Below the pieces are notes generated by a model, which worked only from the letters and a program-made list of their open reading frames with translations, searched no databases and was not told the DNA's origin. The translations under genes and the position numbers were made by a program. Below, piece after piece: positions 1 through 9,125 of a stretch of 37,589 nucleotides of DNA. Within the stretch, counting starts at the first letter, position 1, and the number at the start of each line of letters is the position of its first letter. This DNA comes from Parachlamydiales bacterium (lineage in GTDB: Bacteria; Chlamydiota; Chlamydiia; Chlamydiales; SM23-39). The stretch covers positions 1 through 37,589 of the forward strand of contig JAFGQY010000110.1 in the NCBI GenBank assembly GCA_016935395.1, read 5' to 3'.

Positions 1-1908
1 AAAAGTAATCCAGGAAGATATTTTCACACCGCTTTTAAAGAATTTAAAAATTTCAAATTTTACCCCAAAATCTTTAGCTAAAAATTGTCCAACAGATGTT
101 TTGAATCTAAGCATATAGGGCTTGTAGTCATAATAAAGATCTAAAAAATATTGAAACCCAATAAAATTTTCATATGTAGGATTTGTGTTTTCAAGTTTTC
201 TTACTTTTTTTTGAAATGAAAAAATATTTTCAAAACTTCTTTTGTAAATATTGGCAACTTGAAATCCAACAGCAAAATTTTTTGAACTTACCGGATAATA
301 TAAGGACTCAAATGCAATACCTGCATAAGACATCTCAAAATATCCCAAAGCTGCTTTTAAAAAATATCCATTTTGAAGATTCCAGTCTTTTTGAAAATAA
401 AGTTTTTCTAAGTGAAAGTTTTTAGATTTGTAATAATTTATAAAATCGGATCTGACATTTATGATTTGAGAGGGATTATATTTGTCTTTATCCCCGACAT
501 CTTTATTAGAAGATTTTACAAAAAAGCTACTTTGCAAGTTATAATAAATTTTTTGATTGGGCAAATATCCGTCAAACAGCAAAGAAAGACCGGAGTCATA
601 TTTAAACTTACCTTTAGTAGATCCAAAATAGGCGTTTACGATTGGTTTAAAAGTAGCGTAAAATATTTTACTGTTTTTTTGATAAATAACATTTGAATCT
701 AAGGTAGAATAATCTTTCGAATAATTTTTCAAAGGGGTAAGCGCCTCTATTTCGAAAGAATTAATTTCTTTGTTTTTGTACTTTTCTAAATATTTTTTTT
801 GAAAAGAATATCTGTTAATAGGAACCGAATAATTTTCTACACCAACATTAATATTTTCGATATCATCAAAGGTAGAGCTGATTAAAACGCCTTGAATTCT
901 TTCCTTAAGATTTTTTTGAGATGTATACTTATTATTTTCAATACTTAAAGAAAGACTTTTTTTATCCCCCTCACTAAAGTGTAAAGCTGCTTTACAAAGA
1001 TCGATTCCTTGATTCTTAAATGCTTCATTTAACTTATGAGATAGACTTTCTTCTTCCTTAAAAAGATTGTTAGATTTTTTTTTGTTGTATAAAGGAGGAT
1101 CTAAATATTTTGGATACATACCTACAGGACTATTTAAATCACAATATGCAGAAATTGAACCTGCTATTTTTTGCCCTCTAATTGAGCTTAAGCTCAATTG
1201 CAAAAAATCCCAAAAGTTATAGTGAAGCCCTATATTTATAGGAGTATTAACTTTTTTCCCCTTGGGATGTTCGAACAGATGATTTTGATAATCATTTGCA
1301 TCATACTCAACAGCAAAAGACAAACTAGAAAGATAAGTATCCCGATCTATAAATGGGTAATACTCCACTCCCCCAAAAAATCCATTTATTCTCCCCTTTG
1401 AATATCCAAAGCTTACTTCAAAATTTTCATTAAAAAACTGCTTTGTTAAAACAATATATTTTGAATGAAATCTTTTAGATCCAAATAAATCATTAAATCC
1501 GATAGCTACATCAAAAAAATTTTGGAATCCAAAGTTTTTACTTTTTAATAATAGTTTAACATTTAGAGCTCTGTCAGCATCATTTCCAAAACCTAAATGA
1601 CCAAACCCCCTTTCAATATAGTTATTATAAATCCAATAGTTGAAAGACAATTCAAAATTATCAAAATATTGAAGAGAAGATGAAAAAAGATTATACGGAT
1701 CAACAAAGCTATACCCAAAACAGATTTTTCCGCTTAGAACACTTCTGGCTGAAGGCATATTGAAATAGCCTACAATTCCATTAAAATTATAATTAGCCGG
1801 CAGTTCTTTATAATTTTCCGAGTTAATACACTTATAACTATTAGGATCTATTAAGCCAAAACCTGCCGATAAAAAAATTAATGATGTAAATAATAATTTT
1901 AATTTCAA
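1..1908 (-). CDS. YjbH/GfcD-family outer-membrane protein (3' end runs off the window)
   Basis: Not in the ORF track. Manual translation from TTG at 1908 (AGGGA upstream) gives a signal peptide MKLKLLFTSLIFLSAG, then GYFNMPSAR, GYFEMSYAGIAFE, GQFLAKDFGV and FKSGVKISSWITF, motifs typical of YjbH-domain proteins. Both ends are in the same frame and no stop was found in the segments checked. Confidence 0.85.
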   Translation of the reverse strand, partial: MKLKLLFTSLIFLSAGFGLIDPNSYKCINSENYKELPANYNFNGIVGYFNMPSARSVLSGKICFGYSFVDPYNLFSSSLQYFDNFELSFNYWIYNNYIERGFGHLGFGNDADRALNVKLLLKSKNFGFQNFFDVAIGFNDLFGSKRFHSKYIVLTKQFFNENFEVSFGYSKGRINGFFGGVEYYPFIDRDTYLSSLSFAVEYDANDYQNHLFEHPKGKKVNTPINIGLHYNFWDFLQLSLSSIRGQKIAGSISAYCDLNSPVGMYPKYLDPPLYNKKKSNNLFKEEESLSHKLNEAFKNQGIDLCKAALHFSEGDKKSLSLSIENNKYTSQKNLKERIQGVLISSTFDDIENINVGVENYSVPINRYSFQKKYLEKYKNKEINSFEIEALTPLKNYSKDYSTLDSNVIYQKNSKIFYATFKPIVNAYFGSTKGKFKYDSGLSLLFDGYLPNQKIYYNLQSSFFVKSSNKDVGDKDKYNPSQIINVRSDFINYYKSKNFHLEKLYFQKDWNLQNGYFLKAALGYFEMSYAGIAFESLYYPVSSKNFAVGFQVANIYKRSFENIFSFQKKVRKLENTNPTYENFIGFQYFLDLYYDYKPYMLRFKTSVGQFLAKDFGVKFEIFKFFKSGVKISSWITF

Positions 1909-2089
1909 AATATCCCTAATATTTTATTTTAATAATAAAATTCTATTAATCATAAGGGAAATTATTTAAAAACCAACAATTTCTTAACGATTTCTTAAAT
2001 CTTATTTGAAGATTAATAATGCTTTTTCATATACTAAAATTCTACCAGAAGTATATGCATATGTACTTTAATTTATAAAAGGGATTGAA

Positions 2090-4237
2090 ATGACATATTT
2101 AAATGATTTCAAAGAAAAAATAAAAGAAAATGATTATCCAGGTTTTATAAAAATTTGGGAAGAATACTGTTATAATGACAGTGTAGATTATGATGAACTG
2201 AAAAGCATTCTTTTAGAGGCTAGTAATTCTGATATTAAAGAAAAGTTTGGCCAGCACGTTAATAGAGCCCTGTCATTATATGAAAAAATTCAAGATGAAG
2301 AAAAAAAACATGACATATTTAAATTAATTATAGATATACAAACGAGAAATGATGAAGATTTGGCTTCACTTGTTTACGATCATTTAGAAAAAAGATATTC
2401 AAAAGACCCATTATTTAGTGAAAAAATAAGAATCATCGGACTTAGATCCAGACAAGATTTCCAAGGCGCTATTAGTAAATATGAACTTTTAAATCACATT
2501 GATAAAGGAAAATTTGTTTTTCATAAAGCCGGATGGGGGACTGGGGAAGTTTTAGAATGTTCACTTCTTAGAGAAGAGTTGGTTTTAGAATTTGAATATC
2601 TTGTGGGGCATAAAAGTTTATCTTTTGAAAATGCTTTAAAAACCTTAATTCCTTTAGATGACAACCACTTTTTAGCAAGAAGATTCGGTAATCCGGATTT
2701 TTTAGAAAAACAGGCGAAAGAAAATCCAGTAGAAATTATTAAACTGCTTATACAGGATTTAGGACCTAAATCAGCTTCTGAAATCAAAGAAAATTTAAGT
2801 GAACTTGTAATTCCATCAGATGAATGGAATAAATGGTGGCAAACAGCCCGAGCAAAACTAAAAAAAGACAAATTTATCGAATCTCCAGCTTCTCTTAACG
2901 AACCGTTTAAACTAAGAAAAAAAGAAGTATCTCACGAAGAAATTTTACATAAAAGTTTAGAAAACAAGCCAAAACCTAAAGAAATAATCCAAATGATTCA
3001 TTCATTTTTAAGAGATTTTTCTGAAACCTTAAAAAATGAAGATTTTAAAAACTCTTTAATTTCAAAACTTTTGGATGTACTTTCTTATGAGGATGTAAAA
3101 GAGTCTGAAAAATTACAAATATATTTCTTTTTAGAAACACTTAAAGCAGAAAAAGAATTAATCAACACCAAACAAATAATAGAAGAATCTAAATCATTGA
3201 CAGAGCTTTTACATGAAATTGATGTAATAAGTTTTAAAAAACGTCTTTTATTAAGCATTAGAAAGTATAAAAAAGATTGGCAAGAAATATTTTTAGATCT
3301 TTTCTTTAAAGTAGATCAAAATATCTTACGAGATTACATTTTACAGGAACTTACCAAAGCTAAAAATGTTAAATTGAAAGATAAGATTAAAGAACTTATG
3401 AATCATCCTCTTATTCAACCTTTAGCATTTATTTGGTATTTCCAAAAAATTATCTCCGAAAAAGAGAAAGTTCCTTTTTCTGATAAAGAGGGTAAAACAA
3501 AATTTTTTGAAGGCTTTTTAATATTATTAGATCATTTAGGGTCAAAACCTGAAAAGAAAGATTTGGCTAAAAAGATGGTTAATATTCTTACAGGCAATAA
3601 ATTTGAATTAGTTCGAGATATTATGAAAATTGCAAATCTCGAACAAGTTAAAGAATACATACTTCTGTCCACAAAATGTGGAGTTTTGGAAGATCATGAT
3701 ATTAAAATAATTCATTCGGTAGCAAAAGTTGCTCATCCAAGTCTAAATGACTATTCCTCTTCCGAAATACCTGAAGATATTATTTGGATGACAGCTGAAG
3801 GGTACAACAAACTGAAAAACAAAATTGAAAGATTGTCTTCTGTTGAAATGATTGACAATGCAAAAGAAATAGAAGAGGCTAGATCACACGGAGACTTAAG
3901 AGAAAATGCTGAATACAAAGCAGCTCTTGAAAGAAGAGACAGACTGCAAAGCGAAATAAAACTTTTAGTTGATCAAATTAGCAAAGCAAAACTTCTTTTA
4001 AAAGAAGATGTTACAACTGAAAAGGTTAATGTCGGAACAGTAATTGACTGCAAAAGTCCCCATGGAGAAAAAATCACTTTTACAATATTAGGACCCTTTG
4101 AAGCTAAAGCTGAAGAAAACATAATCTCTTTTCAATCTAAACTTGCTAAAGATATCCTTGGTAAAACTATTGGAGAAAAGTTTTTATTCAAAAATCAAGA
4201 GTATACCATCGTTGATATCAGAAATTATTTTGAATAA
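2090..4237 (+). CDS. greA: Transcription elongation factor GreA, chlamydial long form with large N-terminal domain
   Basis: C-terminal GreA motifs (MTAEGYNKL, EARSHGDLRENAEYKAA, ISFQSKLAKDILGK); 715-aa length typical of Chlamydiota. Confidence 0.95.
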   Translation: MTYLNDFKEKIKENDYPGFIKIWEEYCYNDSVDYDELKSILLEASNSDIKEKFGQHVNRALSLYEKIQDEEKKHDIFKLIIDIQTRNDEDLASLVYDHLEKRYSKDPLFSEKIRIIGLRSRQDFQGAISKYELLNHIDKGKFVFHKAGWGTGEVLECSLLREELVLEFEYLVGHKSLSFENALKTLIPLDDNHFLARRFGNPDFLEKQAKENPVEIIKLLIQDLGPKSASEIKENLSELVIPSDEWNKWWQTARAKLKKDKFIESPASLNEPFKLRKKEVSHEEILHKSLENKPKPKEIIQMIHSFLRDFSETLKNEDFKNSLISKLLDVLSYEDVKESEKLQIYFFLETLKAEKELINTKQIIEESKSLTELLHEIDVISFKKRLLLSIRKYKKDWQEIFLDLFFKVDQNILRDYILQELTKAKNVKLKDKIKELMNHPLIQPLAFIWYFQKIISEKEKVPFSDKEGKTKFFEGFLILLDHLGSKPEKKDLAKKMVNILTGNKFELVRDIMKIANLEQVKEYILLSTKCGVLEDHDIKIIHSVAKVAHPSLNDYSSSEIPEDIIWMTAEGYNKLKNKIERLSSVEMIDNAKEIEEARSHGDLRENAEYKAALERRDRLQSEIKLLVDQISKAKLLLKEDVTTEKVNVGTVIDCKSPHGEKITFTILGPFEAKAEENIISFQSKLAKDILGKTIGEKFLFKNQEYTIVDIRNYFE

Positions 4238-4287
4238 ATTTTAATTTAGTATAGTTTTATAAAAGAGCACATTTTTTAAGGTTTTGT

Positions 4288-4920
4288 ATGAATATAGAAG
4301 AAGAGTCAATCAAAAAAGATTTTCAAATTGTATTAGCTACAAAGAATTTACATAAAATTAGGGAGATAAAAACCATTCTGTCAGAACTTCTTCCAAATTT
4401 AGATGTTTTAAGCTTGTTAGATTTTCCAGATTATACCCCGGTAAAAGAAACAGGCAAAACTTTTGAAGAAAATGCAATTTTAAAAGCGATTGATGCTGCA
4501 AAAGTTTTAAATAAATGGACCCTCGCCGATGATTCAGGTCTGGTAGTTCCTTCTTTAAATGGAGAGCCTGGTGTGTATTCAGCTAGATATGCAGGAGAAA
4601 ATGCAACAGACAAGGATAATAGAGCAAAGCTTTTATCAAAACTTGAGTCTCTATCTGAAAAAGAAAGATATGCCTATTTCCAATGCTGTATGGCCATTGC
4701 AAGTCCAAATGGCTTGAAAAAATGCGCTTGCTCGAAAGTTGAAGGAAAGCTCACTTTAGAAGAAAGAGGGGGAGAGGGTTTTGGATACGATCCGATCTTT
4801 ATTAAACATGATTATAACCAAACCTTTGCCGAGCTAAAAGAGGCTATTAAAAATAAAATTTCCCATAGAAGAAAAGCTATAGACAAGATTTTAGCTACAT
4901 TAGAAAATCTTAATTCATGA
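4288..4920 (+). CDS. rdgB: RdgB/HAM1-family non-canonical purine NTP pyrophosphatase
   Basis: ATKNLHKIRE, ETGKTFEENA, ADDSGL, PGVYSARYAG, GFGYDPIF, KNKISHR motifs. Confidence 0.96.
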   Translation: MNIEEESIKKDFQIVLATKNLHKIREIKTILSELLPNLDVLSLLDFPDYTPVKETGKTFEENAILKAIDAAKVLNKWTLADDSGLVVPSLNGEPGVYSARYAGENATDKDNRAKLLSKLESLSEKERYAYFQCCMAIASPNGLKKCACSKVEGKLTLEERGGEGFGYDPIFIKHDYNQTFAELKEAIKNKISHRRKAIDKILATLENLNS

Positions 4921-5417
4921 AATATTACATTGATGGCTACAATCTTCTGTTTCAATTATTTCACTGCGATAAAAAATTAGAAATTCAAAGAAATCTTGTA
5001 ATAGATTTTTTAAAAGAGAGCTGTTTGCATCTAGATTTAAATATCGAAGTTGTATTTGATGGACATAAAAGTGAATCCCCGATGCCAAATAGAGATTATT
5101 TTGATCATTTAGATGTTATTTATACACCCAAAAATCAAACAGCTGACGATTATATACTAGAGCAAATTTTTTTAAGCAAAACGCCTTCTAAAATAACCGT
5201 CATTTCATCTGACAAACACCTTACTAAAACAGCTAAAAGCATGAACTCCTCCGCTATGTCGTTAACCGGCTTTTTAAATTGGTTAAAAAACCAGGAAAAA
5301 AAAGCGCTTCAAAAAAAGGTTTTTGATGAAGAGTTTTCTGATACCTCTAAAAATATAAAAAGACTTAAAAAGATTTTTGAAGAAAAATTAGAAGGCGGAG
5401 TAGAAGATTGGGATTAA
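4917..5417 (+). CDS. NYN (YacP/Rae1-like) PIN-fold endoribonuclease
   Basis: YYIDGYNLL, VVFDG, TADDYI, VISSD acidic motifs; ATGA overlap with rdgB. Confidence 0.85.
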   Translation: MKYYIDGYNLLFQLFHCDKKLEIQRNLVIDFLKESCLHLDLNIEVVFDGHKSESPMPNRDYFDHLDVIYTPKNQTADDYILEQIFLSKTPSKITVISSDKHLTKTAKSMNSSAMSLTGFLNWLKNQEKKALQKKVFDEEFSDTSKNIKRLKKIFEEKLEGGVEDWD

Positions 5418-5695
5418 TATTTAATCTCAAATTTTGAATAATTATTTTGAGGTTTTTTCATCTCTTTTTCAAATTTAGTAATTTTCCCAAAACCGGGATT
5501 ATTCAAAATCAATTTCAATAATTCATCTAAAACCTGCTTTTTTGCTTGAGCTACAAGCTCAACAGACCCATTTTCCAAATTTTTAATATATCCGTTAATT
5601 TGAAGCATGTTAGCAAAAGATTTTACATGTGATCTAAAAAAAACTCCCTGAACAGTACCAAAAAAAATTACATGAAGCTCAAATATTTCACCCAT
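5414..5695 (-). CDS. acyP: Acylphosphatase
   Basis: GTVQGVFFR and GYIKNLENGSVE signatures; 93 aa. Confidence 0.93.
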   Translation of the reverse strand: MGEIFELHVIFFGTVQGVFFRSHVKSFANMLQINGYIKNLENGSVELVAQAKKQVLDELLKLILNNPGFGKITKFEKEMKKPQNNYSKFEIKY

Positions 5696-6668
5696 CTAAA
5701 TAGCTCCAAGAAAAGTCATTAATATGGCCCAAAATATCCTTAATATTATCTGAAGAATTTATATCAATTCTAAGTTGTTTTATGTTTTTGATCTCTTTTA
5801 AGTACCATCCACAAATTCTTCTAATAGCAAAAACGGCATTTGTATTTCCATCTTCTTGAATCAAGTAATCTATATATTTTAGTAAGCTGTTTTTTCTTTT
5901 TTCAGCATCCTTATTAATTATTTTATCATTAAAAAAATCTTCAATATCTTCTGCTAACCATGGAGTTTTAAGCATTCCTCTGGCTATCATAACCCCATCG
6001 CAAGCGGTTTGATCAAAAATATTTTTTACATCCTGCGGTGTATACAAGTCTCCATTCCCTATAACCAATATTTCTTTAGCTATGGCTTTACATTGCTTAA
6101 TATAGTCCCAATTTGCTTTTCCGCTATATCCCTGTTTTTTTGTTCTTCCGTGAATTGTTATTGCTTTAGCGTTAGCACTCTCGGCTATTTTCACTAGATC
6201 TTGAGCTACAATTGAGTTTTCATCCCATCCGATTCTGATTTTAACTGTGATGGGAACTTTTACATTTGATGCCATTTCATGAATGATTTCTCCAATTAGC
6301 TCAGGAGTTTTTAACATTGCCGAGCCGCTTCCGTCTTTGACTACTTTGGGAACTGGACAACCGCAATTTAAATCAATAACATCAAATCCTAAATCTTCAA
6401 CAATTTTGGCTGCCAATCTTGCGCTTTTGGGATTTGTGCCACAAAGCTGAGCTCCTATTGGCTTCATATCTTGGGTGTATTTTAACATTTTACCCATTTT
6501 CCCTCTGACAAGAGGTTCTATCTTTAGCATTTCACAAAAAAGTAGTCCCTTATGAAAATGCCTTAATAATTTTCTAAAAGAAAAATCGGTATATTCAGCT
6601 AAAGGAGCATACAAAATATTATTATCTAAACAAAGAGATCCAATGTTGAATTTTTTTTTGTATGTCAT
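5688..6668 (-). CDS. dusB: tRNA-dihydrouridine synthase (DusB-like)
   Basis: IDLNCGCPVPKV, VKIRIGWD, IHGRT, IGNGD, GVMIARG motifs. Confidence 0.92.
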   Translation of the reverse strand: MTYKKKFNIGSLCLDNNILYAPLAEYTDFSFRKLLRHFHKGLLFCEMLKIEPLVRGKMGKMLKYTQDMKPIGAQLCGTNPKSARLAAKIVEDLGFDVIDLNCGCPVPKVVKDGSGSAMLKTPELIGEIIHEMASNVKVPITVKIRIGWDENSIVAQDLVKIAESANAKAITIHGRTKKQGYSGKANWDYIKQCKAIAKEILVIGNGDLYTPQDVKNIFDQTACDGVMIARGMLKTPWLAEDIEDFFNDKIINKDAEKRKNSLLKYIDYLIQEDGNTNAVFAIRRICGWYLKEIKNIKQLRIDINSSDNIKDILGHINDFSWSYLDG

Positions 6669-6916
6669 CTTAAAAAACTTAAAACTATTTTTTCTAATAT
6701 TTGAAGAGCAAAAAAACCGATCATAGGACTTAAATCCAACATTCCTCCAATTGGAGGAATTATCCTTCTAAAGATATTTAGATAGGGATCTGTATAATGA
6801 GCTATAAATCTCATAAAATGACTGTCTGTAAAAGATGGGAACCATGATCCCATTACTCGAGCAAATAACATTATAGTATAACAAGAAAATAATAACTTTA
6901 CAGAGTTTGCAAACAT
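6665..6916 (-). CDS. yggT: YggT-family membrane protein
   Basis: TDPYLNIFRRIIPPIGGMLDLSPM signature. Confidence 0.92.
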   Translation of the reverse strand: MFANSVKLLFSCYTIMLFARVMGSWFPSFTDSHFMRFIAHYTDPYLNIFRRIIPPIGGMLDLSPMIGFFALQILEKIVLSFLR

Positions 6917-7070
6917 ATATATTTTTTTTTGTTTATTTCTTTAATATTCTACAATTCATAAAGCTAAAAGTCATTCAAAAAAAATGAACATTCAAAAGAT
7001 TATTTCATCTTCTTTAAAAAGCAAAATCTAGGTAAAATTACATACCTTAAAAATGAAAGGATTTTTTTGA

Positions 7071-8468
7071 ATGAAATATATAGGAATTGATTATACTGAT
7101 GATATTTTTTATATAGCTAGATTAGATGAAAATAATGCTATTTTATCATTAGAAAATCTGGATAGCAAAAACCAAAAAAATGTAAAACAGCTTTACATTT
7201 TGGATAAAGAAAAGATTTTAATTTCTACCGGACTCGACGCTTCTGATGTAGTTATTAAAAATACTGATTTTCATGTAAAAAAATCTTTATTTATGAAAAA
7301 TGCTTATGATTTTCAAAAAGAGTCGCTAACCACTTTAGATCCAGAAAAGACAATATCAATACAAAATCATATAAATGAAAAATCTTTGCTGCAATTTTTT
7401 ATAACCACAAAAGATCTGGTCAAAAAGCATCTTAGAAAATTTAACCATTTTCAAATAGATCCGGATTTTATATCTGCTTCAGCTGTGGCTTTAAAAAGGT
7501 TTGCAAAACTCTACACAGCTGAAAAAAACATTTTTATCGTTAACATTCAAAAGTCAAAAATTACTTTTGTGTTAATTAAAGATGATATTATTGAAAAGAG
7601 CTTTGCTATTAAAAATGGGCATGTAGACAAATCAGTTACAGAAAATGACATTATAAAAATATTTGAATCGTTTAATCAAAATCCTAAAGATGTATTTAAC
7701 CTTCTTTTGTGCGGTGAAGAGAATTTTAAAAGCTCTTTCTCCCATTTAAAAGCTCATAAAAATATCTCAATCTTTTTAACAAATAATGAATTAGAAAAAA
7801 AGTTACCTGAAATACAAAAATATGCTATTTCCATAGGCCTTGCCTTAGAGCCAAGTCAGCCGGACAAAGATCAAATTAATTTCAGAACCAAAGAATTTAC
7901 GACAATAAAGGTTTTGAAAAATAGAGTTAGAAAAATTAAAACTTTTGCATTGGTTTGTATTCTTCTTTCAATTTTATTGATTTTATTTACAAATATTTCT
8001 GTATTCAAAAAAGAAAAAAAATTAAGAAAAAATTTAGAAAATCTATCTATCTACGAAAAAAAATATCTAGATTCAAACCAGAATTTACTTTTTAAAGATA
8101 TTCATAAAGATATTGCAGGTTATGAAAGCAGATTAAACAATCAAACCAAAAAGTTTCCCTATTTTTTTACAGCATATCAAGTAACCGATGTCTTGAATTG
8201 GGTAAACACACATCCATATTTAAAAAATGCTGAAATAAAAAGCTTTACTTACGAGATGCAAAGCTATCCTACTTTGGAAGCAAAAGCCCAACCTTATTTG
8301 GTAAAAATAGATTTGGAATTTCAAACGGCAAACTCAAAAGAAGCTAGAGGCTTTTATAGTGATCTGCAAAAGCAAAAAGCTTTAATCGACCAATCTAAAG
8401 AAATTTTATGGGAATCATTTAACGACACATATAAAACAACATTTTATTTAAAAAACAAAAAAACATAA
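7071..8468 (+). CDS. Conserved chlamydial membrane protein; putative PilM-PilN fusion / GspL-like
   Basis: N-terminal YIGID, central IVNIQKSKITFVLI, LLLCGE and YAISIGLAL (PilM-like), followed by INFR (PilN INLLP-like), one TM helix and a periplasmic domain. Confidence 0.6.
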   Translation: MKYIGIDYTDDIFYIARLDENNAILSLENLDSKNQKNVKQLYILDKEKILISTGLDASDVVIKNTDFHVKKSLFMKNAYDFQKESLTTLDPEKTISIQNHINEKSLLQFFITTKDLVKKHLRKFNHFQIDPDFISASAVALKRFAKLYTAEKNIFIVNIQKSKITFVLIKDDIIEKSFAIKNGHVDKSVTENDIIKIFESFNQNPKDVFNLLLCGEENFKSSFSHLKAHKNISIFLTNNELEKKLPEIQKYAISIGLALEPSQPDKDQINFRTKEFTTIKVLKNRVRKIKTFALVCILLSILLILFTNISVFKKEKKLRKNLENLSIYEKKYLDSNQNLLFKDIHKDIAGYESRLNNQTKKFPYFFTAYQVTDVLNWVNTHPYLKNAEIKSFTYEMQSYPTLEAKAQPYLVKIDLEFQTANSKEARGFYSDLQKQKALIDQSKEILWESFNDTYKTTFYLKNKKT

Positions 8469-8477
8469 GAAAAACAA

Positions 8478-9125
8478 ATGCTTAAAAATATTGAAGACAA
8501 ATTGATAGATTTTTTTAAAAGCGAGAAAAACTCACTATATACAATTTTAATTTTAGCCTTTATTTTTGCCGCTTCTTTTTTTTACAGCTTTTCAAAAAAC
8601 AAAAAAATTAACCAGGCCTTTCAAACCTATCAAACCCTTGAAACAACCTGCATTAATAGTTTGGAATATAGAAAAAAAATATTAGACTTTTTACAAAAAA
8701 AAACTGTTTTTGATCCTTACTTTATTGATAATCATTTAGAAAGCATAACTCTACTGCAAAACGAAAAAAGCAAATTAGAAAATATTGGAAAACATCCTTT
8801 GTTTTCAAACAGCGATAGTCTTAAAAGAAGACTAAAATATTTATCCGGCAAAGATAATAAAATAAAATTTATCGAAGAAAATATTAAAGAAAGTTCATTA
8901 GTTAAAGAAACAGATGAGATTTTGCAAAACCAAATAGAAATCGATCTTTCTGATCTTAAAAAAATTCTTTCGATTATAGAAAACAGAAAGATTGATGAAT
9001 TCATCCCTATAGAATCATCTCCTCAATTAATAATAAAATATTTTGATTTAAAAAAAGAAAAAGACAGCTCTTTTTCTTTAGATTTAAAACTTTTAAAAAG
9101 AGAATTTACAAAGAAAAAATCATGA
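8478..9125 (+). CDS. Bitopic membrane protein, possibly PilO/GspM-like
   Basis: Single N-terminal TM helix (YTILILAFIFAASFFYSF), coiled region and C-terminal domain; 9 nt downstream of the PilMN-like gene. Confidence 0.45.
   Translation: MLKNIEDKLIDFFKSEKNSLYTILILAFIFAASFFYSFSKNKKINQAFQTYQTLETTCINSLEYRKKILDFLQKKTVFDPYFIDNHLESITLLQNEKSKLENIGKHPLFSNSDSLKRRLKYLSGKDNKIKFIEENIKESSLVKETDEILQNQIEIDLSDLKKILSIIENRKIDEFIPIESSPQLIIKYFDLKKEKDSSFSLDLKLLKREFTKKKS

Noticed and set aside
183-1401. Short + strand ORFs 183-425, 412-696 and 1198-1401
   Set aside because: Antisense shadows of the YjbH-family CDS; no motifs.
2051-2066. ATATGCATAT palindrome upstream of greA
   Set aside because: Short, single occurrence, matches no operator I can name.
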